Positions 52,132 through 62,244 of a stretch of 64,000 bases of DNA are shown here, in pieces. Under the pieces are notes generated by a model. That model was not told the origin of the DNA, made no database searches, and was given only the letters and a program-made list of their open reading frames with translations. The translations under genes and the position numbers were made by a program. Source of the stretch: Sphingomonas sp. GTDB taxonomy: Bacteria; Pseudomonadota; Alphaproteobacteria; Sphingomonadales; Sphingomonadaceae. The stretch spans positions 22,208 to 86,207 of the forward strand of contig NZ_JAIESM010000069.1 in assembly GCF_019746015.1 (NCBI RefSeq), written 5' to 3'. Every line of letters starts with the position of its first letter. The first letter of the stretch is position 1.

Positions 52132-54732
52132 TCAGCCCGCCTCCCCCGCCAGCCCTTTCAGCGCATAGAGCGTGTCGAGCGCGGCGCGCGGCGTGAGCGC
52201 GTCGAGGTCGAGCGCGGCGAGCGCGTCGCGGAGCGCATCGCGCGCGGGCTCGGCCGGGGCGGCGGTGGCGAACAGCGGCAGATCGTCCAGCCCCGCCGCC
52301 AGTCCGCCGGTCTTGGCGCGGCCCGCCTCCAGCCGGGCGAGCACGGCCTTGGCGCGGGCAAGCGTCGCCGGCGGCAGGCCGGCCAGCCGGGCGACGGCAA
52401 TGCCATAGCTGCGGTCGGCCGGCCCCGGCGCCACTTCGTGCAGCAGCACCAGATCGCCCTTCCACTCGCGCGCGCGGACATGGTGGAGCGCCAGCGCCTC
52501 GCACCGTTCCGCCAGCCGGGTCAGCTCATGATAATGGGTGGCGAACAGGCAGCGGCAGCCGATATCGTCATGGATCGCCTCCACCACTGCCCAGGCAATC
52601 GCCAGCCCGTCATAGGTGCTGGTGCCGCGCCCCACCTCGTCCAGAATGACGAAGCTCGCCGGTGTCGCCTGCGCCAGAATCGCCGCCGTTTCGACCATTT
52701 CGACCATGAAGGTGGATCGGCCGCGCGCCAGATTGTCGGCGGCGCCCACCCGGCTGAACAGCCGGTCGACCAGCCCCAGCCGCGCCGACTCCGCCGGCAC
52801 GAAACTGCCCGCCTGCGCCAGCACCGCGATCAGCGCGTTCTGGCGCAGAAAGGTGGATTTGCCGCCCATGTTCGGCCCGGTCACCAGCCATAGCCGGGCG
52901 CCGGTGCCCAGCGCGCAGTCATTGGCGACGAAGCGGTCGCCCGCCCGGGCAAGGGCCGCTTCCACCACCGGGTGGCGGCCGCCCGTTACCTCGAACACCG
53001 GGGTGTCGGCCAGGCGGGGCCGGGTCCAGCCGCCCTCGGCCGCGCGTTCGGCCAGCCCGGCCGCCACATCCAGCCGGGCAAGCGCGTCCGCCGTCGCGGC
53101 AATCGCTGCGCGCCGGTCCAGCGCGAGCGCGGTCAGCTCCTCCAGATGCGCGGCTTCGGCGGCGAGCGCATGGGCGCCGGCCTGCGTCACTTTCAGCGCC
53201 GCCTCGTGCAGGTCGGGCGCGTTGAAGCGCACCGCGCCCGCCATGGTCTGGCGGTGGGTGAAGCCGCTGCCCTCGCGCATCAGCGTGTCGCCGTGGCGCG
53301 CCGGCACCTCAACATGATAGCCGAGCACGGCGTTGTGGCGGATTTTCAGCGCCGATATGCCGGTTTCGGCGCGGTAGCGTGCCTCCAGCGCGGCAATCGC
53401 CCGCCGCCCGCCCGCACCCGCCGCGCGCAGATCGTCCAGCGCGGGGTCATAGCCTTCGGCGATATAGCCGCCCTGGCCGGCATCGACCGGCGGGGCGGGC
53501 ACTAGGGCGCGGGAAAGCGTGTCGATCAGCGCGCCATGCCCCTGCAGCGCGGGGACAAGGCGGGCGAGCAGCGCCGGCGCCGGGGCGATCCGGGCCAGCC
53601 GCTCGGCCAGCGCCCAGGCCGCGCCCAGGCCGTCGCGCAGCTGGCCCAGATCGCGCGGGGTGCCGCGCCCCGCCACCAGCCGCCCCAGCGCGCGGCCGAT
53701 GTCCGGCGCCTGGCGCAGCGTGTCGCGCAAGGCCGCGCGCCCGCCGGCATCATCGGCAAACAGCTGCAACAGGTCGAGCCGCTCGCCGATGGCGCCGGCG
53801 TCCATCAGCGGGGCGGCAAGATCCGCCGCCAGCAGCCGCGCACCCGCCCCCGTCACGCAGCGGTCGACCGCGTCGAGCAGGCTGCCCCTGCGCCCGCCGC
53901 CCTGCGCCTGGGTCAGCTCCAGGCTGTCGCGCGTCGCCGCGTCGATCGCCATGGTGTCTTCGCTGCGATGGATTTGCGGGCGTTCGAGCGGGTTGCGACC
54001 GCTTTTTCCGGTGTAAACGAGATAGTCCACCAAAGCGCCCGCGGCCGACAGCGCCGCCCGGCTGAAATCGCCAAACGCCTCCAGCGTGGCGACCGCGAAC
54101 AGGCTCTTCAGCCGCGCCTCGCCGCCGGCGCTGTCAAACGCCGCACGCGGGCGCAGTGTCGTGGCATGGTGTGCGAACGGCCCGTCTTCGGCGGCCAGCG
54201 TCTCGGCCGGGTTGAGGCGGGCAAGCTCGGCAGCCAGCGCTGCCTCGGTCGTCTCGATGATCTCGAACCGGCCGGTGGAGATATCGGCCGCCGCCACCGC
54301 CACGCCGCCCGCCGCCGCGCCGATGGCACAGCACCAGTTGCTGCTGCGCGCGTCGAGCAGGGCTTCCTCGGTCAGCGTGCCGGCGGTCACCACCCGCACG
54401 ATGGCGCGGTCGACCAGCGCCTTTGATCCGCGCGCGCGGCGGGCGGCCTCGGGGCTTTCGGTCTGCTCGGCAATGGCGACGCGGTGCCCGGCCTTGATCA
54501 GCCGCGCCAGATAGCCTTCGGCCGCATGCACCGGCACCCCGCACATCGGCACCGGCGCGCCCAGATGCTCGCCGCGCGCGGTGAGCGCGATGTCGAGACA
54601 GGCACTTGCCGCCTTCGCATCGTCAAAGAACAGCTCGAAGAAATCGCCCATGCGATAGAAGAGCAGGCAATCGCCCGCTTCCGCTTTCAGCGCCAGATAT
54701 TGCGCCATCATCGGCGTGGGAGCGGCGGTCAT
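52132..54732 (-). CDS. mutS: DNA mismatch repair protein MutS
   Basis: TPMMAQY, LFYRMGDFFELF, TGPNMGGKST, GRSTFMVEM, DEVGRGT, ATHYHEL, SYGIAVA. Confidence 0.97.
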   Translation of the reverse strand: MTAAPTPMMAQYLALKAEAGDCLLFYRMGDFFELFFDDAKAASACLDIALTARGEHLGAPVPMCGVPVHAAEGYLARLIKAGHRVAIAEQTESPEAARRARGSKALVDRAIVRVVTAGTLTEEALLDARSSNWCCAIGAAAGGVAVAAADISTGRFEIIETTEAALAAELARLNPAETLAAEDGPFAHHATTLRPRAAFDSAGGEARLKSLFAVATLEAFGDFSRAALSAAGALVDYLVYTGKSGRNPLERPQIHRSEDTMAIDAATRDSLELTQAQGGGRRGSLLDAVDRCVTGAGARLLAADLAAPLMDAGAIGERLDLLQLFADDAGGRAALRDTLRQAPDIGRALGRLVAGRGTPRDLGQLRDGLGAAWALAERLARIAPAPALLARLVPALQGHGALIDTLSRALVPAPPVDAGQGGYIAEGYDPALDDLRAAGAGGRRAIAALEARYRAETGISALKIRHNAVLGYHVEVPARHGDTLMREGSGFTHRQTMAGAVRFNAPDLHEAALKVTQAGAHALAAEAAHLEELTALALDRRAAIAATADALARLDVAAGLAERAAEGGWTRPRLADTPVFEVTGGRHPVVEAALARAGDRFVANDCALGTGARLWLVTGPNMGGKSTFLRQNALIAVLAQAGSFVPAESARLGLVDRLFSRVGAADNLARGRSTFMVEMVETAAILAQATPASFVILDEVGRGTSTYDGLAIAWAVVEAIHDDIGCRCLFATHYHELTRLAERCEALALHHVRAREWKGDLVLLHEVAPGPADRSYGIAVARLAGLPPATLARAKAVLARLEAGRAKTGGLAAGLDDLPLFATAAPAEPARDALRDALAALDLDALTPRAALDTLYALKGLAGEAG

Positions 54733-54834
54733 CCGACAGCGGTTAGCACGGATTGGCCGGGGTGGTTCAACCCCTTGCGCAACCGATGGCGCGCGATGTT
54801 GCCCCGGCCGGCACCGCGCGATAGCCTGCGCCCG

Positions 54835-56136
54835 ATGGAGATGCCGGCACAGCCCAGCGGATTGGCGCGCAGCGTCGGCATCGGGGGCGTCGCCGCCTTT
54901 GTGCTGAACGGCATTGTCGGCGCCGGGGTGTTTGCCTTTCCCGCATTGGTCGCAGCGCAAGCCGGTGGCGCCGCGCCGCTGGTCGTGGTGCTGGTGGGCG
55001 TGGTGCTGCTGCCTGTCGTGCTGGTGATGGCGCGGCTGGCAACGCTCTATCGCGGCACCGGCGGCCCCATTCTCTATGTGGAGGAGGCATTCGGCCGCAC
55101 CGCCGGCTTCCAGATCGGCTGGATGCAGCTGCTGTCGTCGCTGTCGGCGCTGGCGGCCAATGTGAATGTGCTGGCCGATTATCTGCTGCGCGCGGCGGGC
55201 ATCGGCACCGCGACGCCGGCGCTGGCGACGGTGCTGCACCCGCTGCTGGTGGCGGGCGCGATTGCGCTGCTGGCCCTGCTCAACCTAGGCCGGGTGGCGG
55301 GGGTGTCGCGGCTGTTGCAGCTCGGCTCGGTCGCCAAGCTCGCGCCGCTGGTGCTGCTGATCGTGCTGGCGGTGCCGGTGGCGCTGGCGGGTGGCGCCGC
55401 GCCGGCCGATGCCGCCGGGCAGGATCTGGTCAAGGCCGGGCTGGTTGCCGCCTTTGCCTTTGTCGGCTTCGAAGGCGCGCTGACCGTCGCCGGCGAGGCG
55501 CGACACCCCGAGCGCGACATGCCGCGCGCGGTGATCCTGGTGTTTGCCGGGGTGACGGCGCTCTATGCGCTGCTGTGCTGGGCCTATGTCGCCATCGCAT
55601 TTGCCCCCGGCCCGGTCGACACCGCGCCGCTGGCCACGCTTGCCGCGCGGCTGATCGGCGGCGCGGGCGCGCTGGTGGTCACGCTCACTGCCGCGATTTC
55701 GGTGCTGGGCAACACCATGTTCACGGTGCTGATCAGTTCGCGCCGGCTGGTCGTCTTTGCCGGGCAGGGAACGGCGCCTGGCTGGTTCGGGCGGCTCTCG
55801 GTGCCGGGCGCGGTGCCGCGCAATGCAGTGGTCGCCATCTGCGCGGTGGCGGCGCTGCTCGCGCTGTCGGGCGGGTTCACCGCGCTGGCGCTGATCAGCG
55901 TGGCGTCGCGGCTGCTGGTCTATCTGGGCTGCATCGCCGCGCTGCCGGTGATCGAGCGGCGGCGCGGGCTTGGCAGCGGCACCGCGCAGCGGGTGGTGCT
56001 GGTGGCGGCCGCGCTGGTTGCGCTGGCGCTGATCGCGGGCACCCAGCCGGCCGCCTGGCTGGGGCTGGGTGCGGCGGTGGCGTCGGGTGCGGTCGTCTAT
56101 GCGCTTGGCGGGCGCGGCGCGCGAAAGCCGGGGTGA
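54835..56136 (+). CDS. APC-family amino acid permease
   Basis: NGIVGAGVF TM1, GGPILYVEEAFG, FAFVGFE, about 12 hydrophobic segments. Confidence 0.85.
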   Translation: MEMPAQPSGLARSVGIGGVAAFVLNGIVGAGVFAFPALVAAQAGGAAPLVVVLVGVVLLPVVLVMARLATLYRGTGGPILYVEEAFGRTAGFQIGWMQLLSSLSALAANVNVLADYLLRAAGIGTATPALATVLHPLLVAGAIALLALLNLGRVAGVSRLLQLGSVAKLAPLVLLIVLAVPVALAGGAAPADAAGQDLVKAGLVAAFAFVGFEGALTVAGEARHPERDMPRAVILVFAGVTALYALLCWAYVAIAFAPGPVDTAPLATLAARLIGGAGALVVTLTAAISVLGNTMFTVLISSRRLVVFAGQGTAPGWFGRLSVPGAVPRNAVVAICAVAALLALSGGFTALALISVASRLLVYLGCIAALPVIERRRGLGSGTAQRVVLVAAALVALALIAGTQPAAWLGLGAAVASGAVVYALGGRGARKPG

Positions 56137-56188
56137 CGGACGCGGCCCCGCGTCGTAAGGAAGCGCCAAAGCAAGGGAATGGCACCGC

Positions 56189-58444
56189 ATGACCGAAGAA
56201 ACCTCCGCCCAGCTCGACCGCGAAGCGCTGCTGTTCCATTCGGAGGGGCGCCCCGGCAAGATCGAGGTGATCGCGTCGAAGCCGGTTGCCACCCAGCGCG
56301 ATCTGGCGCTTGCCTATTCGCCCGGCGTCGCCGCGCCCGTGCGGGCGATCGCCGCCGACCCCGCCACTGCCTATGATTATACCGCCAAGGGCAATCTGGT
56401 CGCGGTCATCTCCAACGGCACCGCCATTCTGGGGCTGGGCAATCTGGGGGCGCTTGCCTCCAAGCCGGTGATGGAAGGCAAGGCAGTGCTGTTCAAGCGC
56501 TTCGCCGATGTCGATTCGATCGACATCGAGGTGAAGACCGAGGATGTCGACCGCTTCATCGAGTGTGTCGAGCTGCTCGAGCCGACCTTTGGCGGCATCA
56601 ACCTGGAAGACATCAAGAGCCCGGAATGTTTCGTGATCGAGCAGGCACTGCGCGAACGCATGAACATCCCTGTGTTCCATGACGATCAGCACGGCACCGC
56701 GATCATCGCGGCGGCCGGCCTGATCAACGCGCTCTACCTCACCGACCGCGACATCAAGACGACGCGGGTGGTGATGAATGGCGCGGGTGCCGCCGCCATT
56801 GCCTGTGCCGAACTGATCAAGGCAATGGGCCTGCCGGGCGAAAATCTGATGATGTGCGACCGCACCGGCGTGATCTGGCGCGGGCGCGCGGGCGTCAACC
56901 AGTGGCAGTCGGCGCACGCCGTCGATACCGATTGCCGCACGCTGACCGAGGCACTGATGGGCGCCGATGTGTTCATGGGCCTGTCAGCAGCGGGCGCCGT
57001 GTCGCAGGAGATGGTGCGCGGCATGGCGCCCCGGCCGATCATCTTCGCGATGGCCAATCCCGACCCCGAAATCACGCCGCCCGATGCGAAAGCGGCGCGC
57101 CCCGACGCAATCGTCGCCACCGGCCGGTCCGACTATCCCAACCAGGTCAACAATGTGCTGGGCTTCCCGTTCATCTTTCGCGGCGCGCTCGATGTGCGCG
57201 CAACCGGCATCAACGACGCGATGAAGATCGCCGCGGCCAATGCGCTGGCCGAGCTTGCCCGGCAACAGGTGCCCGAAGAAGTAGCGATGGCGTACGGCGT
57301 GCGGCACAGCTTCGGCCCCGATTATATCATTCCGGCCCCCTTCGACCCGCGGCTGATGGAAGTGGTGCCGGCCGCCGTTGCCAAAGCGGCGATGGAAACC
57401 GGCGTGGCGACGCGGCCGATCAGCGATTTCGACAATTACCGCCACTGCCTGCGCGCGCGGCTGAACCCCACCACCTCGGTGCTGCAACTTGCCTATGAAG
57501 GTGCGCGCGCGCGGCCCAAGCGCGTGCTGTTTGCCGAAGGCGAGGAGGAGGTCGTGCTGCGCGCGGCGATTTCCTTCCAGGAAAGCGGCTATGGCACCCC
57601 GGTGCTGGTCGGGCGCGACGACGTGCCCGAGCGGCTGCGCGCGCTGGGCGTTGACGACCCTGCCCGGTTCGAGCTGCACAACAGCCGCAATTCGCCGCTG
57701 GTGCCCAAGATGGTCGAGTTCCTCTACGCCCGGCTGCAGCGGCGCGGCTATCTGCGCCGCGATTGCGAGCGGATGATCAACCAGGACCGCAACGTGTTCG
57801 GCGCGGTGATGCTGCAGCTGGGCGAAGCGGATGCGATGATCACCGGCATCACCCGCACCTATGCCCATGCGATGCGCGAGGTGCGCCGGGTGATCGACCC
57901 CGCCGCTGGCCGCACCCCCTTTGGCGTCCATCTGATGGTGGGGCAGAGCCACACCGTGTTCATGGCCGATACCACGCTCAACGAGCGGCCAAGTGCTGAA
58001 GAACTGGCCGACATTGCCGAGGGGACGGCCGCCGTCGCCCGCCGCATGGGGCACGAACCGCGCGTCGCCTTCCTCAGCTATTCGACCTTCGGCAATCCCG
58101 AGGGGCGCTGGCTGGACAATATCCGCGACGCCGTGAAAGTGCTCGATCAGCGCGGCGTTAGCTTTGAATTCGAAGGCGAAATGGCGCCCGATGTCGCGCT
58201 CAACCCGCGCCAGCTGGCCAATTACCCCTTTGCGCGCCTGTCTGGCCCGGCCAATGTGCTGGTGCTGCCGGGGCTACAATCGGCCAATATCTCCGCCAAA
58301 TTGCTGCGCGAACTCGGCGGCGACAGCGTGATCGGTCCGATGCTGGTCGGCATGGAAAAGCCGGTGCAGATCGCCCCGATGACGAGCACCGCAAGCGAGC
58401 TGGTGACGCTCGCGGTGCTCGCAGCCGGGGGAATTGTCGGCTGA
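56189..58444 (+). CDS. maeB: NADP-dependent malic enzyme with PTA-like C-terminal domain
   Basis: [57 protein letters not shown]. Confidence 0.95.
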   Translation: MTEETSAQLDREALLFHSEGRPGKIEVIASKPVATQRDLALAYSPGVAAPVRAIAADPATAYDYTAKGNLVAVISNGTAILGLGNLGALASKPVMEGKAVLFKRFADVDSIDIEVKTEDVDRFIECVELLEPTFGGINLEDIKSPECFVIEQALRERMNIPVFHDDQHGTAIIAAAGLINALYLTDRDIKTTRVVMNGAGAAAIACAELIKAMGLPGENLMMCDRTGVIWRGRAGVNQWQSAHAVDTDCRTLTEALMGADVFMGLSAAGAVSQEMVRGMAPRPIIFAMANPDPEITPPDAKAARPDAIVATGRSDYPNQVNNVLGFPFIFRGALDVRATGINDAMKIAAANALAELARQQVPEEVAMAYGVRHSFGPDYIIPAPFDPRLMEVVPAAVAKAAMETGVATRPISDFDNYRHCLRARLNPTTSVLQLAYEGARARPKRVLFAEGEEEVVLRAAISFQESGYGTPVLVGRDDVPERLRALGVDDPARFELHNSRNSPLVPKMVEFLYARLQRRGYLRRDCERMINQDRNVFGAVMLQLGEADAMITGITRTYAHAMREVRRVIDPAAGRTPFGVHLMVGQSHTVFMADTTLNERPSAEELADIAEGTAAVARRMGHEPRVAFLSYSTFGNPEGRWLDNIRDAVKVLDQRGVSFEFEGEMAPDVALNPRQLANYPFARLSGPANVLVLPGLQSANISAKLLRELGGDSVIGPMLVGMEKPVQIAPMTSTASELVTLAVLAAGGIVG

Positions 58445-58459
58445 TCCCGGCGGCTCGCG

Positions 58460-58753
58460 TCAACTCTGCGACGCGGCCATGTCGATGCCCAGCGCCAGCC
58501 ACTGCGCCTCGGTCCGGCAGACGGTGCCGCTCTTGCCGGGGACGACATCGTCGCGGCGGATGCAGTAACGCTGCTGGCTGGGGTTGCGGCGCGGCGCTTC
58601 CTGCGCGGTCATCGCTTCATACAGCACGCGCGTGGACAGCTCCATGCGGCGCGCAGCGGTGGCAACCTTGTGCCAGTCCGCCCGGTTGATGCTGGCGGTG
58701 TCGACCGGGGCCGCCGCGCCCATTGACAGCGCGGCCAGGATGATCAAGCTCAT
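58460..58753 (-). CDS. Small hypothetical exported protein
   Basis: GGAG RBS; hydrophobic N-terminus MSLIILAALSMGAAA; C-terminal YC...VCRT..QW. Confidence 0.5.
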   Translation of the reverse strand: MSLIILAALSMGAAAPVDTASINRADWHKVATAARRMELSTRVLYEAMTAQEAPRRNPSQQRYCIRRDDVVPGKSGTVCRTEAQWLALGIDMAASQS

Positions 58754-58928
58754 GATTTCAGACTCCTCAAACCGATGGCGCAATCCGCCATCACTGGTCT
58801 GAAGTGCATTATTCATGCCATACACGTATGATGTTGATTTTTAATGATATTAACCGAGAGTGCTCGATTCGGCCCATTGTATCGTGCCCCATTTTCTGGC
58901 GCGATCCGCCAACTTCGGGCGCCAGCAG

Positions 58929-59163
58929 CCCCGTTCGTGTCGAGCCTCCTCGGGACACGGGGACCCGATACGGCGCCCTGGGCATCCCGCCCCTCGACTT
59001 CGCTCGGGGCGGACGCGTTGGGGGGAATCGAGGCAAAGCCAGGTCGCGGCCATGCACTCCTCCTCCCCTTCAGGGGAGGAGGTCGGGAGGTGGGCCTCTA
59101 TGCAGAGCGCAGCGCTGTTTTTTGGAGAGGCCCCACCCCCCTCCCCTGTAGGGGAGGGGCTTT
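58929..59163. repeat. Composite repeat cluster: C inverted doublet + B inverted doublet
   Basis: CCCCGTTCGTGTCGAGC...CCCCTCGACTTCGCTCGGGGCGGAC (58929-59017); B doublet 59058-59163 closely resembles 51987-52097. Confidence 0.88.
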
Positions 59164-59192
59164 GGTCAGCGGTCGCCCGGCGCCGTCACCCG

Positions 59193-59981
59193 TTACGCGT
59201 CGATGCTGCTGCCCAGCGCCGCATTCACCAGCCCGCCATCGACGGTGATCGTGTCGCCGACCACATAATCGCCCGCGCGGCTGGCCAGATAAATGGCGGT
59301 GCCGGCCATGTCTTCGTCGGCGCCGATGCGCTTGGCGGGAATGGCCTGCGCCACCGCGTCGCCATGGTCGCGCGCGGCCTTGTTCATTTCGCTGGCAAAG
59401 GCGCCCGGCGCGATCGAGGTGACGTTGATATGGTCGCGCACCAGCCGCGCCGCCATCCGCTTGGTGAGGTAGATGAGCGCCGATTTGGAGGCGTGATAGC
59501 TATAGGTTTCCCACGGGTTCAGCCGCTGCCCGTCGATCGAGGTGATGTTGATCACCTTGGCTGGCCGCGCGGGCGATGCCGCCGCCTTCAGCGCTTCGTG
59601 CAGCGACTGGGTCAGGAAGAAGGGCGATTTGACGTTCAGGTCCATCACCTTGTCCCAGCCTTTTTCCGGGAACACCTCGAACGGTTCACCCCAGGCGGCG
59701 CCGGCATTGTTGACGAGGATGTCGAGCTTCGTTTCATGCTCGGCAAGTTGCGCGGCCAGCGCCTTGCACCCGGCCACCGTCGACACGTCCTGCGGCAGCG
59801 CGACGCAGTTGGGGCCAAGCGCCTCGGCCGTCTCGAAACAGGCATCGGCCTTGCGCGACGAGATATAGACCTTTGCCCCTTGCGCGATGAACCCGGCGGC
59901 GATCATCCGGCCGATGCCGCGCGAGCCCCCGGTGACGAGCGCGACGCGCCCGTCGAGGCGGAACAGGTTGGTGGTGTCCAT
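59193..59981 (-). CDS. SDR oxidoreductase (RhlG-like)
   Basis: TGGSRGIG, LVNNAGA, ITSIDG, YHASK (YxxxK), IAPG. Confidence 0.9.
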   Translation of the reverse strand: MDTTNLFRLDGRVALVTGGSRGIGRMIAAGFIAQGAKVYISSRKADACFETAEALGPNCVALPQDVSTVAGCKALAAQLAEHETKLDILVNNAGAAWGEPFEVFPEKGWDKVMDLNVKSPFFLTQSLHEALKAAASPARPAKVINITSIDGQRLNPWETYSYHASKSALIYLTKRMAARLVRDHINVTSIAPGAFASEMNKAARDHGDAVAQAIPAKRIGADEDMAGTAIYLASRAGDYVVGDTITVDGGLVNAALGSSIDA

Positions 59982-59989
59982 GATAGTCT

Positions 59990-60104
59990 CCCCTCCCGCC
60001 TGCGGGAGGGGCCGGGGGTGGGCGCCCGGCCAGCCGCAGACGGTGTCTCGTTGATGATGCCGGAGGCCCACCCCCCGACCCCCTCCCGCCAGCGGGAGGG
60101 GGAG
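59990..60104. repeat. Family B inverted doublet between the SDR and acyl-CoA dehydrogenase genes
   Basis: CCCTCCCGCCTGCGGGAGGGGCCGGGGGTGGGC ... GCCCACCCCCCGACCCCCTCCCGCCAGCGGGAGGGG. Confidence 0.85.
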
Positions 60105-60107
60105 TGA

Positions 60108-61253
60108 TTACCCCCCGCGCTTCATCGTTTCGCGCGCGACGATCAATTGCTGGATCTGGCTGGTGCCTTCATAGATGCGGAACAGCCGCACATCGCGGTA
60201 CAGCCGCTCGATCCCGTAATCGGCGATATAGCCCGCGCCGCCATAGATCTGCACCGCGCGGTCGGCGACGCGGCCGACCATTTCGCTGGCGAACAATTTG
60301 GCGGCCGAGCTTTCCAGCACGACGTCGCGGCCTTCATCCTTTGCCGCCGCCGTTTCCAGCACCAGTGCGCGCGCGGCGAGTGCCTCGGTCTTCGAGTCCG
60401 CGATCATCGCCTGGATCAGCTGATGCTCGGCAATCGGCTTGCCGAACTGCTGCCGCTCGGCGGCATAGGCGACGCAATCGGCGATCAGCCGCTCGGCGAC
60501 GCCCACGCACACCGCCGAAATGTGCAGCCGGCCCCGGTCGAGCACGCGCATCGCGATCTTGAAGCCTTCGCCCTCGGCGCCCAGCCGGTTCTCCGCCGGC
60601 ACCGGCACCGCGTCGAAATTGACGTCGGCGACCTTGGCGCCCTTCTGCCCCATTTTCTTCTCGGGCTCGCCGATCGACACGCCCGGCAGGTCGCGCGGCA
60701 CCAGAAAGGCGGAAACGCCGCGCGCGCCGGGCGCGTCGCTGGTGCGCGCCATGACGGTGAAAAGGTCGGCCTTGTCGGCATTGGTGATGTAACGCTTGGT
60801 GCCCGACAGGCGGTAGACATTGCCGTCGCGCACCGCCCGCGTCTTCACCGCGCCCGAATCGCTGCCGACATCGGGCTCGGTCAGCGCAAAGCTGGTCACC
60901 ACCTCGCCGCTGGCGATGCGCGGCAGCCACTGCGCCTTCTGCTCGGGCGTGCCGGCCATCACGAGGCCCTGGCTGCCGATGCCGACATTGGTGCCGAAGG
61001 TGGAGCGGAAGGCAGGCGTGGTGCGCCCCAGCTCGATGGCGACGCGGCACTCCTCCGCCATGGTCAGCCCCAGCCCGCCAAACTCCTCGGCAATCGACAG
61101 CCCGAACAGCCCCATCGCCCGCATTTCGGCGACGATGCCGTCGGGGATCGCGTCATCGGCCTCGACCTGCCCTTCGAGCGGGCGCAGCCGTTCGGCGACG
61201 AAGCGGCGCACCGTTTCGATCAGCTGCGCAAAAGTTTCCGCGTCGAGCGCCAT
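60108..61253 (-). CDS. Acyl-CoA dehydrogenase
   Basis: FALTEPDVGSD, GTKRYITNA, LDRGRL, RQQFGKPI, QIYGGAGY, RIYEGTSQIQ. Confidence 0.95.
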   Translation of the reverse strand: MALDAETFAQLIETVRRFVAERLRPLEGQVEADDAIPDGIVAEMRAMGLFGLSIAEEFGGLGLTMAEECRVAIELGRTTPAFRSTFGTNVGIGSQGLVMAGTPEQKAQWLPRIASGEVVTSFALTEPDVGSDSGAVKTRAVRDGNVYRLSGTKRYITNADKADLFTVMARTSDAPGARGVSAFLVPRDLPGVSIGEPEKKMGQKGAKVADVNFDAVPVPAENRLGAEGEGFKIAMRVLDRGRLHISAVCVGVAERLIADCVAYAAERQQFGKPIAEHQLIQAMIADSKTEALAARALVLETAAAKDEGRDVVLESSAAKLFASEMVGRVADRAVQIYGGAGYIADYGIERLYRDVRLFRIYEGTSQIQQLIVARETMKRGG

Positions 61254-61358
61254 GCCCCTCTCCCTGATTTGTCGCCCCGCTCACAAGGGGTTGCAGCCCC
61301 TTGGTTAGCCGCCCGCCACACCCCCCGCAAGCCAAACCCAAAATTCGAAACTGGCCGA

Positions 61359-61386
61359 TTGACCACGCGCAACCCCATACTATGCT
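61359..61386 (+). promoter_or_regulatory. Possible sigma70 promoter for the SDR-MFS pair
   Basis: TTGACC-N16-TATGCT upstream of a GAGGAG RBS. Confidence 0.4.
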
Positions 61387-61413
61387 GCCCAAAAACAGAG
61401 GAGAGGCAGGCCG

Positions 61414-62244
61414 ATGCGCTTTGCTGGCAAACGGGCAGTGATTACCGGCGGCGTCTCCGGCATCGGCCGCGCGACCGCGCTGCGGCTGGTGGTCGAGGGG
61501 GCCGATGTGCTGATCGGCGATATCGACGACGCCGGCGGCGCCGCACTTGCGGCCGAGAGCGGCGGGCGCATCACCTATCAGCATTGCGACGTGATGGAGC
61601 CGGCACAGATCGAGGCGCTGATCGCGGCCGGGGACGCGGCCGGCGGCATCGACATCCTGTTCAACAATGCCGGCGCCGGCGGCGACCGCGCGCCCATCGA
61701 CGAGATCAGCGCGGACGGGTGGGACCGCACACAGGCCCTGCTGCTGCGCTCGGTCGCGCTCGGCATCCGCTATGCCGCGCCGCTGATGGCCAAGCGGGGC
61801 GGCGGCGCCATCGTCAACACCGCCTCCATCGCCGCGCTGCAGACCGGGGCGGCGCCCACTGCCTATTCGGTTGCCAAGGCCGGCGTCTTGCACCTGACAC
61901 ATCTGGCGGCGGCCGATCTGGCGCGCTACCGCATCCGGGTGAACGCCATCTGCCCGGGCTTCATCACCACCAACATCTTCGTCAGTTCAGTCGGCATCGA
62001 AGGGCCGTTGCGCGATCAGGCCAATGCCGCGATTGCCGGCATCGCCGCCAAGGCGCAGCCGGTGCAGCGCGCGGGGCTGGCCGAGGATATCGCCGCTGCC
62101 GTGGCCTATCTCGCCAGCGACGATGCCGGCTTCGTCACCGGCACGCATATCGTGGTCGATGGCGGCATCACGCTTGGCCCGCGTCACAGCTGGGACCCAC
62201 AGACACCGGGCCTGTTCACCATGCTGGAGGCGATGCAGAAGTGA
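61414..62244 (+). CDS. SDR oxidoreductase
   Basis: TGGVSGIG, LFNNAG, NTASIA, YSVAK, NAICPG. Confidence 0.92.
   Translation: MRFAGKRAVITGGVSGIGRATALRLVVEGADVLIGDIDDAGGAALAAESGGRITYQHCDVMEPAQIEALIAAGDAAGGIDILFNNAGAGGDRAPIDEISADGWDRTQALLLRSVALGIRYAAPLMAKRGGGAIVNTASIAALQTGAAPTAYSVAKAGVLHLTHLAAADLARYRIRVNAICPGFITTNIFVSSVGIEGPLRDQANAAIAGIAAKAQPVQRAGLAEDIAAAVAYLASDDAGFVTGTHIVVDGGITLGPRHSWDPQTPGLFTMLEAMQK

Noticed and set aside
52132-55239. 1035-aa MutS with a long N-terminal extension
   Set aside because: MutS homology begins at MTAAPTPMMAQY (54732); the extension is antisense to the APC permease gene.
60147-62240. 1176-aa ORF 60147-63677 as one protein
   Set aside because: Only the part from 62241 is the MFS transporter; the rest is antisense to the acyl-CoA dehydrogenase or off-frame over the SDR.
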